Source: Chrysomallon squamiferum (lineage: Eukaryota; Animalia; Mollusca). Taken from it: a stretch of DNA of 64,000 bases. Every line of letters begins with the position of its first letter. The first letter of the stretch is position 1. The notes beneath the pieces are model-generated. The model saw nothing but the letters and a program-made list of their open reading frames with translations. It did no database searches and had not been told where the DNA came from. The translations under genes and the position numbers were made by a program. This document shows positions 38,059 through 51,789 of this stretch, piece by piece. The stretch spans positions 10,788,001-10,852,000 of the forward strand of contig CM022668.1 of the NCBI GenBank assembly GCA_012295275.1, read 5' to 3'.

Positions 38059-39139
38059 CATTACTTTTATTATCATTACTTTTGATTATTATTATTTTTT
38101 TTATTTGTATTATTTTGTGTGTGTCTCTGTGTATGTGTATTTTCTTATCTTTGACAATCTAATACAAAAATTTCAAGTAATACATTTGTTCAAAGCGAAA
38201 CAAATGCAGTGATATATAATACATTTGTTCAAAAACCTATTTTTTCAATTACACAAGTTTCAGTTTCTAAGTAACCAAATTACTTATGTATTTATGAAAC
38301 AGAGAAAGTTCAGCCATTAGAATAAAGTCCAGGTAAATGTGTTCTGTTTTATACTGTATGTTCTTCTTATATAATAACATTTTCATTACATCATTATTTT
38401 AATTTTCAATTAAAACCCGCAATGTACATGTTAATTCAATGTATTAATATCTGTTATGATACACTTGGTATTATAAAATAACACATCTATTAGATTTTGA
38501 TTTTAGTTTTAATTTACAACCTGCAATATACATAAGAATTCTGTTATGTCTCAGTTTATTTACTCGTTGTTAACTTTAGACATTACACAAGTCAGATAGT
38601 TAACATAGATGTTCAGCGATGAAGGAAACTGAGTCATCAGAAATCCGAGTTTTCGGGGAAATACGTTTTACTCGAGCTCTCTCATCAGTCCTATTTATAG
38701 CACCAACGAGTACTGAGCTGTATTTGTCGTAAAGCGGCTTTCACAAAGAAATTCTTTAGTGAACTGCCCGAGCTCAATTCAGTTTTTTTAGAGAGCTTTT
38801 TTCTGCTATTAAACATATTATTAATTACTAAAGGTAAACAAATGCAGTGATGTGCAATACATATCTCAACAACTAATTTTTCGCAGTTACACACGTTTCA
38901 GTTTCAATAACTGATTTAGTAGTACTTTTCCGTATTTATTTTTAAACTAAGAATAAAGGCCCCATCTTCGGTTAATACCACAAGGTATCTTGAAATAATG
39001 TTTCATTTGTTTATTTATTTATTTATTTACTTATTTATTTATTTATATTTTTTTATCACTGCTACTAGTTCTCCTACTACTACTACTAATACTACAACTG
39101 CTACTACTACTAATTATTATTATTGTTATTATTATTATT

Positions 39140-39207
<68 letters not shown>

Positions 39208-40951
39208 CTTGATGCTCATTATTTTGTGTAAGTCTCTATATATGTGTATGCTGGTATGTTTGACAGTCTCTAAATTCCAGGTCTCTAAATTACTCAGAGA
39301 AAAAGAGGGAGATCAACTATTACAATTATTCCATGTTAAATGAGTTGTATTTTTATACTACATGTGGTTCATATGCATGTATGGTTAAAGTAAAATAAGA
39401 TCTAAAAATTCTATGATAAAATAACATATTTAATACATCGTTATTTTAATTTTAATTTAAAACCCGGAAGGTACGTGTGAATTCAAAGTATTAATAGCTG
39501 TTATGTCACACTTGTTTTTCGCGTTGTTATTTACAGACATTACACACGTCAGATACTTAATATAGATGTTCACCGATTAAAGGGAAGCGGGTCATCAGAA
39601 ACACGAGTTTTCGGGGAAATACGTTTACTGAGGAATCGGAGCTGTTTCATCAGCACTTATATAAAGCAGCAACGAGTACTGTGCTGTATTTGTCGGAAAG
39701 AGGCTTTCACAAAGCAATTCGTTAGTGAACAGCCCGAGCTGAATTCAGTTTTAGAACTTTATAAACTTTAGGAAAAGACAAACTATGGATTCGGGTAATG
39801 TATTTTAAATTTAATTAAGTTGTAATAAATAAATTAGTTAATTAGATGATCAACTTTAAGTATTTTCTTCATGCTAAATTATTAATTATTAATTAATTAA
39901 TTAAAAAAAAAAAAATCTAATTACCAAGAAGAAAATGCTTGAAGTTAACAAAGAGGATATTTGTGCAGTTTATATTCTTTTTTCTTAATTTTGAAACTTA
40001 TTTTTTTCAGAAAGTTCATAATGAAGTATTTTACAACATATATATCCAAACGTTTCCGTTTTTCTTTTTAGTGTTATATGTCATAACTATGTGCACGGCA
40101 ACCGATCCAATGAAATTAATTTTCAGGAATCCTCTTTGATGCGAAAAGCGCTGAGGATTAGTTAATCTCCATAATAAAGATATTTTTCATCAGTTTATGC
40201 TAAATTTTGATGCACAGAGAGGGCCAGGCGGGTTGGGACGAAAGGGTTGGGGTCACCCACCAATTTTAATTTATCACTCGGACAAAACTGTTATAAATGA
40301 ATTGCGAGAAACTTTTCCAAACGTTCATTTGTTTACCTATTTACTTGTTACATCTCGATACAAACTTTTATGTAGTTAGGTTTTTTCTGCTGTTAAACGT
40401 GTTAACAATTACCTGTGATCCAGTCTCAAAGATGAGAAGCTCAGTCATTTAACATTAATGAATGTAGAATCTTTCGTACTGTGGAAATTAAATTTTAATA
40501 ATATTTTGAATGACCCTATTGAAACATTAAGGAGTAAACACTTTATCTAATTAGATACATATTTAGGAATATATATGTTTGATTTTACAGTACTTTACTT
40601 GTAATTTTAATATTGCTTTGCTTCATATTAATTAAAGGTTCTCTGTAAAGATAATATTATATTCTTTGTTATTCCATTAAGCAATTCATTTGTAATATTT
40701 TTACAATACATTGCATGAAAATACTTGTAGTTGAAAAAAAGGAAAATAGTGCAGGTTGGTTTCTTCTTTCTTAATTTTAAAACTGATTTAGATGAATATT
40801 ATTTGAAAAGATATTTCAAATATTTATTTATGTTTTATTATCATTGTTATTATTGTTGGTGTGGTTGTTGTTGTTGTTGTTGTTATTATTATTATTATTA
40901 TTAATATTAATATTATTCTTACTAGTACTACAATTACTGCTACTACCACTA

Positions 40952-41025
<74 letters not shown>

Positions 41026-42109
41026 CATTATTTTTTTTATTATTTTTTTTTTTTTGTGTTATTTTGTGTGTGTCTCTCTGTATGTGTATTTTCTTATCTT
41101 TGACAATCTAATACAAAAATTTCAAGTAATACATTTGTTCAAAGCGAAACAAATGCAGTGATATATAATACATTTGTTCAAAAACCTATTTTTTCAATTA
41201 CACAAGTTTCAGTTTCTAAGTAACCAAATTACTTATGTATTTATGAAACAGAGAAAGTTCAGCCATTAGAATAAAGTCCAGGTAAATGTGTTCTGTTTTA
41301 TACTGTATGTTCTTCTTATATAATAACATTTTCATTACATCATTATTTTAATTTTCAATTAAAACCCGCAATATACATGTGAATTCAATGTATTAATATC
41401 TATTATGATACACTTGGTATTATAAAATAACACATCTATTAGATTTTGATTTTAGTTTTAATTTACAACCTGCAATATACATAAGAATTCTGTTATGTCT
41501 CAGTTTATTTACTCGTTGTTAACTTTAGACATTACACAAGTCAGATAGTTAACATAGATGTTCAGCGATGAAGGAAACTGAGTCATCAGAAATCCGAGTT
41601 TTCGGGGAAATACGTTTTACTCGAGCTCTCTCATCAGTCCTATTTATAGCACCAACGAGTACTGAGCTGTATTTGTCGTAAAGCGGCTTTCACAAAGAAA
41701 TTCTTTAGTGAACTGCCGGAGGTCAATTCAGTTTTTTTAGAGAGCTTTTTTCTGCTATTAAACATATTATTAATTACTAAAGGTAAACAAATGCAGTGAT
41801 GTATAATACATTTCTCAACAACTAATTTTTCGCAGTTACACACGTTTCAGTTTCAATAACTGATTTAGCAGTACTTTTCCGTATTTATTTTTAAACTAAG
41901 AATAAAGGCCCCATCTTCGGTTAATACCACAAGGTATCTTGAAATAATGTTTCATTTGTTTATTTATTTATTTATTTACTTATTTATTTATTTATTTGCT
42001 TGTTTATTTATATATTTACTTTTTTTTATCACTGCTACTAGTTCTCCTACTACTACTACTAATACTACAACTGCTACTACTACTAATTATTATTATTGTT
42101 ATTATTATT

Positions 42110-42192
<83 letters not shown>

Positions 42193-45100
42193 CTTGATGC
42201 TCATTATTTTGTGTGCGTCTCTATATATGTGTATGCTGGTATGTTTGACAGTCTCTAAATTCCAGGTCTCTAAATTACTCAGAAAAAAGAGGGAGATCAA
42301 CTATTACAATTATTCCATGTTAAATGAGTTGTTTTTTATACTACATGTGGTTCATATGCATGTATGGTTAAAGTAAAATAAGATCTAAAAATTCTATGAT
42401 AAAATAACATATTTCATACATCGTTATTTTAATTTTAATTTAAAACCCGCAAGGTACATGTGAATTCAAAGTATTAATAGCTGTTATGTCACGTTTGTTT
42501 TTCGCGTTGTTATTTACAGACATTACTCACGTCAGATACTTAATATAGATGTTCACCGATTAAAGGGAAGCGGGTCATCAGAAACACGAGTTTTCGGGGA
42601 AATACGTTTACTGAGGAACGGAGCTGTTTCATCAGCACTTATATAAAGCAACAACGAGTACTGTTCTGTATTTGTCGGAAAAAGGCTTTCACAAAGCAAT
42701 TCATTAATGTAGAGCCCGAGCTGAATTCAGTTTTAGAACTTTATAAACTTTAGGAAAAGACAAACTATGGATTCGGTTAATGTATTTAAAATTTAATTAA
42801 ATTGTAATAAATAAATTAGTTAATCAGATGATCAACTTTAAGTATTTTCTTCAAGCTAAATTATTAATTATTAATTAATTAATTCATAATAAAAAAACTA
42901 ATTAGCAAGAAGAAAATGCTTGAAGTTAACAAAGAGGATATTTGTGCAGTTTATATTTTTTTTCTTAATTTTGAAACTTATTTTTTTCAGAAAGTTCATA
43001 ATGAAGTATTTTACAACATATATATCCAAACGTTTCCGTTTTTCTTTTTAGTGTTATATGTCATAACTATGTGCACGTCAACCGATCCAATGAAATTAAT
43101 TTTCAGGAATCCTCTTTGATGCGAGAGGCGCTGAAGATGAGTTAATCTCCATAATAAAGAAATTTTCATCAGTTTATGCTAAATTTTGATGCACAGTGGG
43201 GGCCAGGCGGGTTGGGACGAAAGGGTTGGGGTCACCCACCAATTTTAATTTATCACTTCGACAAAACTGTTAAAAATGAATTGCGAGAAACTTTTCCAAA
43301 TGTTCATTTGTTTACGTATTTACTTGTCACTTGTCGATACAAACTTTTTTGTAGTTAGGTTTGTTCTGCTGTTAAACGTGTTAACAATTACCTGTGATCC
43401 AGTCTCAAAGATGAGAAGCTCAGTCATTTAACATTAATGAATGTAGAATCTTTCGTACTGTGGAAATTAAATTTTAATAATATTTTGAATGACCCTATTG
43501 AAACATTAAGGAGTAAACACTTTATGTAATTAGATACATATTTAGGAATATATATGTTTGATTTTACAGAACTTTACTTGTAATTTTAATATTGCTTTGT
43601 TTCATATTAATTAAAGGTTCTCTGTAAAGATAATATTATATTCTTTGTTATTCCATTAAGCAATTCATTTGTAATATTTTTACACTACATTGCATGAAAA
43701 CACTTGTAGTTGAAAAAAAGGAAAATAGTGCAGGTTGGTTTCTTCTTTCTTAATTTTAAAACTGATTTAGATGAATATTATTTGAAAAGATATTTCAAAT
43801 ATTTATTTATGTATTATTATCATTGTTATTATTGTTGGTGTAGTTGTTGTTGTTGTTGTTGTTATTATTATTATTATTATTAATATTAATATTATTCTTA
43901 CTAGTACTACAATTACTGCTACTACCACTAATTATTATTATTATTATAATTATTATTATTATTATTATTATTATCATTACTTTCATTATCATTACTTTTG
44001 ATTATTATTTTTTTTTTATTTGCATTATTTTGTGTGTCTCTGTGTATGTGTATTTTCTTATCTTTGACAATCTAATACAAAAATTTCAAGTAATACATTT
44101 GTTCAGAGCGAAACAAATGCAGTGATATATAATACATTTATTCAAAAACCTGTTTTTTCAATTACACAAGTTTCAGTTTCTAAGTAACCAAATTACTTAT
44201 GTATTTATGAAACAGAGAAAGTTCAGCCATTAGAATAAAGTCACGGTAAATGTGTTCTGTTTTATACTGTATGTTCTTTTTATATAATAACATTTTCATT
44301 ACATCATTAGTTTAATTTTCAATTAAAACCCGCAATATACATGTACATTCAATGTATTAATATCTATTATGATACACTTGGTATTATAAAATAACACATC
44401 TATTAGATTTTGATTTTAGTTTTAATTTACAACCTGCAATATACATAAGAATTCTGTTATGTCTCAGTTTATTTACTCGTTGTTAACTTTAGACATTACA
44501 CAAGTCAGATAGTTAACATAGATGTTCAGCGATGAAGGAAACTGAGTCATCAGAAATCCGAGTTTTCGGGGAAATACGTTTTACTCGAGCTCTCTCATCA
44601 GTCCTATATATAGCACCAACGAGTACTGTGCTGTATTTGTCGTAAAGCGACTTTCACAAAGAAATTCTTTAGTGAACTGCCCGAGCTCAATTCAGTTTTG
44701 GAATTGTTTTAATCTGGACAAAAGAGAAACGATGGCTTCGGATAAGACATTTTATATTTATAGTAAAAATAATTGATCAGAAAGAAAATACTTGAAGTTT
44801 CAGTGTTATTATTTTTAAATATAACACATCGTCAGGTAATTAATATAGATGTTCACCGATTAAAGGGAAGCGGGTCATCAGAAACACGAGTTTTCGGGGA
44901 AATACGTTTTATTCGGGAACGGAGCTCTTTCATCAGCACTTATATAAAGCAGCAACGAGTACTGTGCTGTATTTGTCGTAAAGAGGCTATCACAAAGTAA
45001 TTGTTTAGTTAACAGCCCGAGCTGAATTCAGTTTTGGAATGTGTTTAATTTGTGTAAAAGACAAACTATAACTCCGAGTAACACGTTTCAAATTTAATTA

Positions 45101-46175
45101 AATTGTAATAAATAAATTAATTAGTCAATTAATTAATAAAACATCAATTTAGCAAGAAGAAAATACTTAAGTTAATAAAGAGGGTATTAATCGAATCTGT
45201 ACTCTTCTATCTTAGTTTTGAATTTTTAATTTAGAAACTAAAAATGAAACATTTTAGAACACATACTTGCTACCTTTCTCTTTTTGTCTCTTAGTGTTAA
45301 ATGTTGTAACTATGTTCCCGTAAAACGCTCCGTACCCGTCAATGAAATCAATTTGTAGGAATTCTCTTTCATTCGAGAGAGGCTAAGTGTGCGACAAACT
45401 ATATAAAAAAGAAATGATGGGTCAATGTATGTGAAATTCTGACGCAGAGATAGGGCCGAAGTACATGGGGTCACCACCCCCAATGTTAAACTGTTAAAAA
45501 TGAAATGGAAGAAACGATTCCAAGTAGGTAGATTTGTTTATATATTTACTTGACAGTCATGTAGGAAATGGCTGTTCCAGACAACAGCTCTTGTTTTAAA
45601 GATGTGCTTGTGTCACTTGGACAGTCTTTAACATCATAGATAGCCCCTGTGTTTTACCAGCTGTCTTGAAATGATGGAGATATCGTTCATACATTGCCGT
45701 CCGATTTGGCTGAGGGACATTCTGCATTTGTTATGTCAATAATCTTTGTATACACTGACAGTTCCCTACTTGCCACGACGATAATAGTACTGGATTTTCA
45801 GTGCAAATTAAGACGAAAGAGTGTGACATATATTTTTTTATGAACGACATTTCACGAGCATTGCTTGTTGTTGTGTGTGCACTGAGTACCTCCACTAAAG
45901 TCATCATATTCAGCAAGATGCCACGTCTGTTTATTATTCAGGAAAATCCGCTGTTTTCTTAATTCACGAAATTACAGTCTGTGAACTGGGTATTGCTTAG
46001 TTTTTTCCTAATGTATAGATAGAAGGATAGATTTGAAAATTATATAGGAAAAAAATGCTACTATTCATTCATACATTCAACATACATTCACTCATACATT
46101 CGCACATAGATAGTCGGATATAATTATATACAGAGAGAAAAAGTTATTTTTTTAAATTTTGTTCCAGATGATGGA

Positions 46176-48887
46176 ATGGTTTCAGTTTCTGAATTAAAGA
46201 AGCGTTTTGAACAAAATGTGAGCATTATTAAATCCCTAGTTAATTTATTTACTTAGTAACGAATTAAAAAAATACATTAATTGATGTCTGAGGAAAATGC
46301 TACGAAATATAAATTAAATTAAAAACATTACCCCAAGAGCGTAAATGCCAAACAAGAATGTAATATAAATACATTAATAAACAAACAAACAAACAAACAA
46401 AGAAATTAACAAATAACAAAATAATGAATGATTATTTAACTTGCCATATCTTTTAAATAAGACAATAAATGAAATCTTATATTTATAACGTTATTTGGCA
46501 TAATATGTGCACATATGCGTACAGACGTATTACACAAATTCTATCAAAAATACTTATACTGTATTTTTGCAATAAAATGTTAATTTCGTTTTATAACCTT
46601 TCTTTCTAAAAATCCCAGTCTACTGCTCGAGTACATTCGAAGCCATCAGAACAAGTGCAGCCAATACAAAGAGTGCAGCCAATGCAAAGGGTCCAACCAT
46701 CAGAAATATCCCATCCATTAAAACAAATGGAACCAGCACCAGAAGTCTAGGAATCACAAGTCCAGTCATCAAAAGATGTCCAGCCATCAGAACACGTGGA
46801 GCCAAACATTTGTCGAGATTCACCGACCTCTGGTAGGTGTATCAAAGTTTGTAAATATCGATCATTCATGAAATATAGTTCAATAATACGCAAACTGGTT
46901 AGTACTGTAACGTCGTTCATTCAGTATAGATTTGGTAAAAGTTTACTACACTACTGGCGTCGAAGGACAATTGCTAGAAGTACAAGAAGTTTTATTAATT
47001 AAACCAGTAGTTATTGTAATAGTTGTTGCAGAGAAAGTAGTAATGGTACATGTAGACAGAGTGGTAATAGTAGTTGTAGAGAGAGTAGTAATTGTAATTG
47101 TAGAGTAGTAGTAATAGTAGCTGTAGAGATAGCAGTAATGGTGACTATATACAGAGTAGTAATAGAAGTTGTTGCAAGAGTAGTAATGGTAGTTGTAGAG
47201 AGAATAGTAGTAACTGTTGCAGAGAGTAGTAGTAATAGTTGCGGAGATTAGTAATAGTATTTGTAGAGAGAGTAGTAATAGTAGCTGTAGAGAGAGGTAA
47301 TAGTAGGTGTAGAGAGAGAGTAGTTAATAACAGTATTTGTAGAGAGAGTAGTAATAATAGTTGTAGAGAGAGAGTAATAGTAGTAATAGTAGATGTACAA
47401 ATACTAATAATAGTATCTGTAGAGAGAATAGTAATACTAGTTGTAGAGACAATAGTAGCAGTGGATATGATGCAATGGTTATGTTAGTAACAGTGGTTTG
47501 AGAGGCAGAAAGAGCAGATAGAGTTGTAATGATTGTAGTTGTAATATTGTGGTAGTAGTGGTTAAGTTATGCAGAAAATCATATTTATAATAATAATGAT
47601 AATTTAATTTTATCAACAACAAAAACACGAAGATCGAGAAAATGAAAAATATATGGTTTCCTTTCTACATAGAGAGTATTTGAAATTCTTTCAGATTCCC
47701 TTACTGACAGTGAACTGCGGCTTGTTTTGATTGGGATTACTGGCTCAGGAAAAAGTGCGTCAGCAAATACCATCCTAGGAGAGAAACTTTTTCTTTCTAA
47801 AGCTAGTGCTTCTTCAGTTACTACAATTTGCAAGATAGAACACAAAACCCGATTTGGTCATGATATCATTATCGTTGATACACCGGGAGCATTCGACACT
47901 AAACATTCACAAGGAGATATTGCGAAAAAGATAATCCAGTGTATAACGATGAGTGCTCCAGGGCCACATGCTTTCATCATGGTTATGCAGGCAAAGAGGT
48001 TTACTCCAGAAGAAGATACAATTCAGTATTTCGAGGACGTATTTGGAAAGGCATTGTTTGATTATCTGTTCTTGCTGTTCACCCATGTAGACGATCTTGA
48101 AGAAGAGGGAGGAAATCTGGAAGATTTTCTATGTTCAGCACCAGAAAACCTACAAACATTAATCAAGGCCTGCGGACGACGATATGTCGGATTCAACAAT
48201 CGCGAAAAAGATGAAACAAAGAAAGAAAAGATGGTTCTTCACCTGATGGAGATGATCAAAGAAAACTTGGAGAAAAATAATGGCAACTATTATAAATAGG
48301 AATTATTGGATGTAGCTGAGAAAGAAGTACAAAAGCGTCAAAAACAACTACTGGAAAAGAAAAAAGAAGAAATACGAAAAGAAATGGAAATTGAATTCAA
48401 GGAAGAAATGGAAAAACGTAAAAAAGAGGCCAAAGAACTTGAGGAGAAAATGTTGAAGGAGAAAGAAGAAGAAATGAGAAAACTCAAAGAGGAAATATTG
48501 AAGAAGAAAGAAGAAGAAATGAGAAAACTCGAACAGAAATTAATGGAGAAAGGCAGAGAACGAGAAAAGCAAAGAATAGAAAAGCAGTATGAGGAAGAAC
48601 TTAGGAGAAAAATGGAAGAACTGGAAAAGGAGCAGGAGATGTTTAAGAAGAGAGAAAACGATCTGCTGGAGGAATTGGAAAAAGAAAGACAAAGAAAACA
48701 AGAAGAGGCACTCAGAGCAAAAGAAGAAGAACTTAGGAGACAGATAAGAAATGAAATTAGAAAAGAAGCAGAAGAAAACGAAACTTTACTGGGTGCTGTT
48801 GGAGATGCTATTGAAAAAACCCTTAAAGGTGCCTTTTCCCTTCTCGTGGGAATAGTTAAAAGTGGAGTGAATAAATTATCTGGGTAA
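46176..48887 (+). pseudogene. GIMAP: GIMAP/AIG1-family GTPase gene, three exons, two in-frame TAG codons (young pseudogene, null allele or readthrough)
   Basis: Exons 46168/46176-46217 (MVSVSELKKRFEQN), 46619-46832 (VQP repeats, TAG 46748), 47695-48887: ELRLVLIGITGSGKS (G1), SVTTIC (G2), VDTPG (G3), APGPHAF..RFTPEE, LFTHVDDL (G4), CGRRYVGFNN, TAG 48297, then E/K coiled coil and amphipathic C-terminus, TAA. Family call is firm; the first two exons are less certain. Confidence 0.88.
47000..47560. repeat. Intronic GTA/GAGA compound minisatellite
   Basis: gtagagagagtagtaatagtagtt variants; inverted homologue at 56300-57400. Confidence 0.8.
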
Positions 48888-50137
48888 ACGAGCCCAAGTA
48901 AGATGTCGGATATAAAAAAATAAATAACAACCAAGAATCTAGAAACATTTTGTTCTTAAAGAGAACGAAGAACTAACTACTGAACTGAATATTAACTTTG
49001 TCATAAATATTGTAAAGGATTCGATTTTTTCTTTGTCTAGAAAAAAACGTTAATAAATTTTTATTGAATCTTTCTATATTGTTTATTTGTTATCATTGTA
49101 GATATATCTTAAATATAGAACAAACCATATTATAACAAAATAAGTTAAACAGTTTGGAAACCTATTGAGTGCTAAATATTAATCTATGTTATGCTTGCAC
49201 AGTACATGCAGGCTCGGGCCAATTTATTTAGCAAATTTCATTGTATATCCTGGTGTGTATATTTATATTATATGTTTCGCGTAATGTTTATTATTAGTAG
49301 TACTACTAACATTACTGCTGCTGCCACTATTGTACTGTTATTTTTATTATCATTATTATTATTATTATATTGTTGTTGTTATTATTATTACTATTATTAT
49401 TATTATTTTGTTTTTTAAACTACTACTACTACTACTCCCTTTAATAGTATTATTATTATGATAACTGTATTCAATATTTCTGTTTCTTAATATATAATTA
49501 ATCAATTTTGTTTCTGCATCATTTAAGTATGAAAATAAAATTAGTGGTTATTGAAAATGCGGAATTTATTTTTAATATTTAAAATTGAAGTATATATTTT
49601 CTGTAGGGCCAGATCTATGTGGAAGCAAGAGAGAAAGATGAAACGGAGATTTTATTTTGTATAGAAAATCATTAAAATATTATATTTATATAAGATGTAT
49701 ATAAAATGTAAATGGAATTCATATTTCGACTAAGATCCTGCTCTCAGGCTATTTCGTTATATTCCATAAATATTTCTGATAAAGGATTGTCGATCTGTAT
49801 AATACCATATTTTAATTTAATTATGTTATCTATATTCGTACATATAGTAAAATATCAAACTGATAATTAGTAGTGAAAGATATAATTGTCTTACAGTGGG
49901 ATTACTCTTCTTCAGAAATCAGCAAAGGTCAACTGTTTCACTGAAAGAAAAGCCACTCCTTAAAAAAGACACAAAGGTCAACAATGGAGATGAGAAATGT
50001 TGATGATATTGAAATTACATATCTCAGTACATACGGTAATAGAATATTTGACTGATGTGTATTAATATTACAAAATATTAAAGCAAATTAATTAGAATCA
50101 TAAACTTTTCATTACAGGTATTCTAAATCAATAAATC

Positions 50138-50467
50138 GCTGCTATTGTTACTGTTCTGAAATGTGGTCAGACTATTTGTGATTGAAGCTGATCTCCTAGA
50201 TTTTGGTTATAATGATACTGTTGATGTTTACCTTATATATATATATATATCACACACACATTATTTACTTTCACACATTTTATATATATATAGCTGCTGC
50301 TATTGTTACTGTTCTGAAATGTTGGCAGACATCAACAATATCATTATAACCAAAATCTAGGAGATCACCTTCAGTCAAAATAGTCTGACCATATTTCAGA
50401 ACAGTAATAATAGCAACAGCTATATATATATAAAATGTGTGAAAGTAAATAATGTGTTTGTGTGATA

Positions 50468-50500
<33 letters not shown>

Positions 50501-50511
50501 ATATATGTATA

Positions 50512-50590
<79 letters not shown>

Positions 50591-50603
50591 ATATATATGT
50601 ATA

Positions 50604-50634
<31 letters not shown>

Positions 50635-50653
50635 GTATATGTATGTATGTATG

Positions 50654-50724
<71 letters not shown>

Positions 50725-50733
50725 ATATATATA

Positions 50734-50764
<31 letters not shown>

Positions 50765-50980
50765 GTATATGTATGTATGTATATATATATATATGTATAT
50801 GTGTGTGTGTGTGTATATATATATGTATATGTATGTATGTATATATATATATATGTATATGTGTGTGTGTGTGTATATATATAAGGTAAACATCAACAAT
50901 ATAATTATAACCAAAATCTAGGACAACACATTCAATCACAAATAGTCTGACCACATTTCAGAACAGTATCAATAGCAGCA
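50138..50980. repeat. Fold-back of a ~155-bp unit with expanded (TG/TA) microsatellite
   Basis: Forward units start 50138 and ~50295 (gctgctattgttactgttctgaaatg...ctagattttggttataat); reverse units 50329-50470 and 50881-50980; (TG)n(TA)n 50465-50880. Confidence 0.85.
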
Positions 50981-51216
50981 GCAGCAACAACGACAATAAA
51001 ATAATCAAAATCCAGCGACAACAAAAGCTAACGACGAGAATTGAGGACAACAAAAACAAGAACTTAAGTTATCTCCCTTGAATTGTTTACTTTCTCAGAG
51101 GAGTAGATATAAGTACAGACATTTTCTTCTTCTTCTTCTTCTTATTCTTCTTATTCTTCTTATTCTTCTTATTATTATTATTCTTCTTATTCTTCTTCTT
51201 CTTCTTCTTCTTCTTC

Positions 51217-51248
<32 letters not shown>

Positions 51249-51499
51249 ATTAGTCCCAGTCGAATACGGTAGTGTCAAAATCGGGTTACCTTAACATCAT
51301 AACTTCAGGCCATTGTATTGTTAGAAACATTAAATAGTTACAATATAAATATATAAATAAATAAATAAATACATAAATAAATAAACTAATTAAATAAATA
51401 AATAATAATAATAAAATCTCCTACAGAACAAAATTACAAATCATTGCTTATATTCCAAAAGCCAATATGACATATAAACAAATTTCTGTAATAACAGCA

Positions 51500-51635
51500 T
51501 TAAACGTTTTCACTGGTGTCTTTATTGTAGCCTGCGGGTTCTTCGTCAGCATCTGCGTGAGGCTGTATAAACTGTATTTCTTCCACGTGTTGTGTGTCAT
51601 GCTGTTTAATTTCATTTTCCTCTTCCTGATATTCT
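51500..51635 (-). pseudogene. Fragment paralogous to the 3' end of the 61877-62402 exon
   Basis: EYQEEENEIKQHDTQHVEEIQFIQPHADADEEPAGYNKDTSENV-TAA, near-identical to 61877-62010. Confidence 0.85.
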
Positions 51636-51789
51636 CATATTCTAAGGCCAAATAAATGGTTTATAGTTTCTACATCGCAAACTAAATATTCAAAATAAAG
51701 CTGTGCAACTTCAGAATGATCCAATGATCCAAGTATTACTTTATTTTTCTTAAAATGCTTAATACTGTTGTTGCTTCAACTGGAGAGTC

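Noticed and set aside
46748-48299. Alternative genetic code (TAG = Gln)
   Set aside because: The second TAG aligns with Ser in the paralogue and no intact exon elsewhere contains an in-frame TAG.
48338-48934. 198-aa antisense ORF (also 54863-55363)
   Set aside because: Shadow of the E/K-rich coiled-coil frame on the opposite strand.
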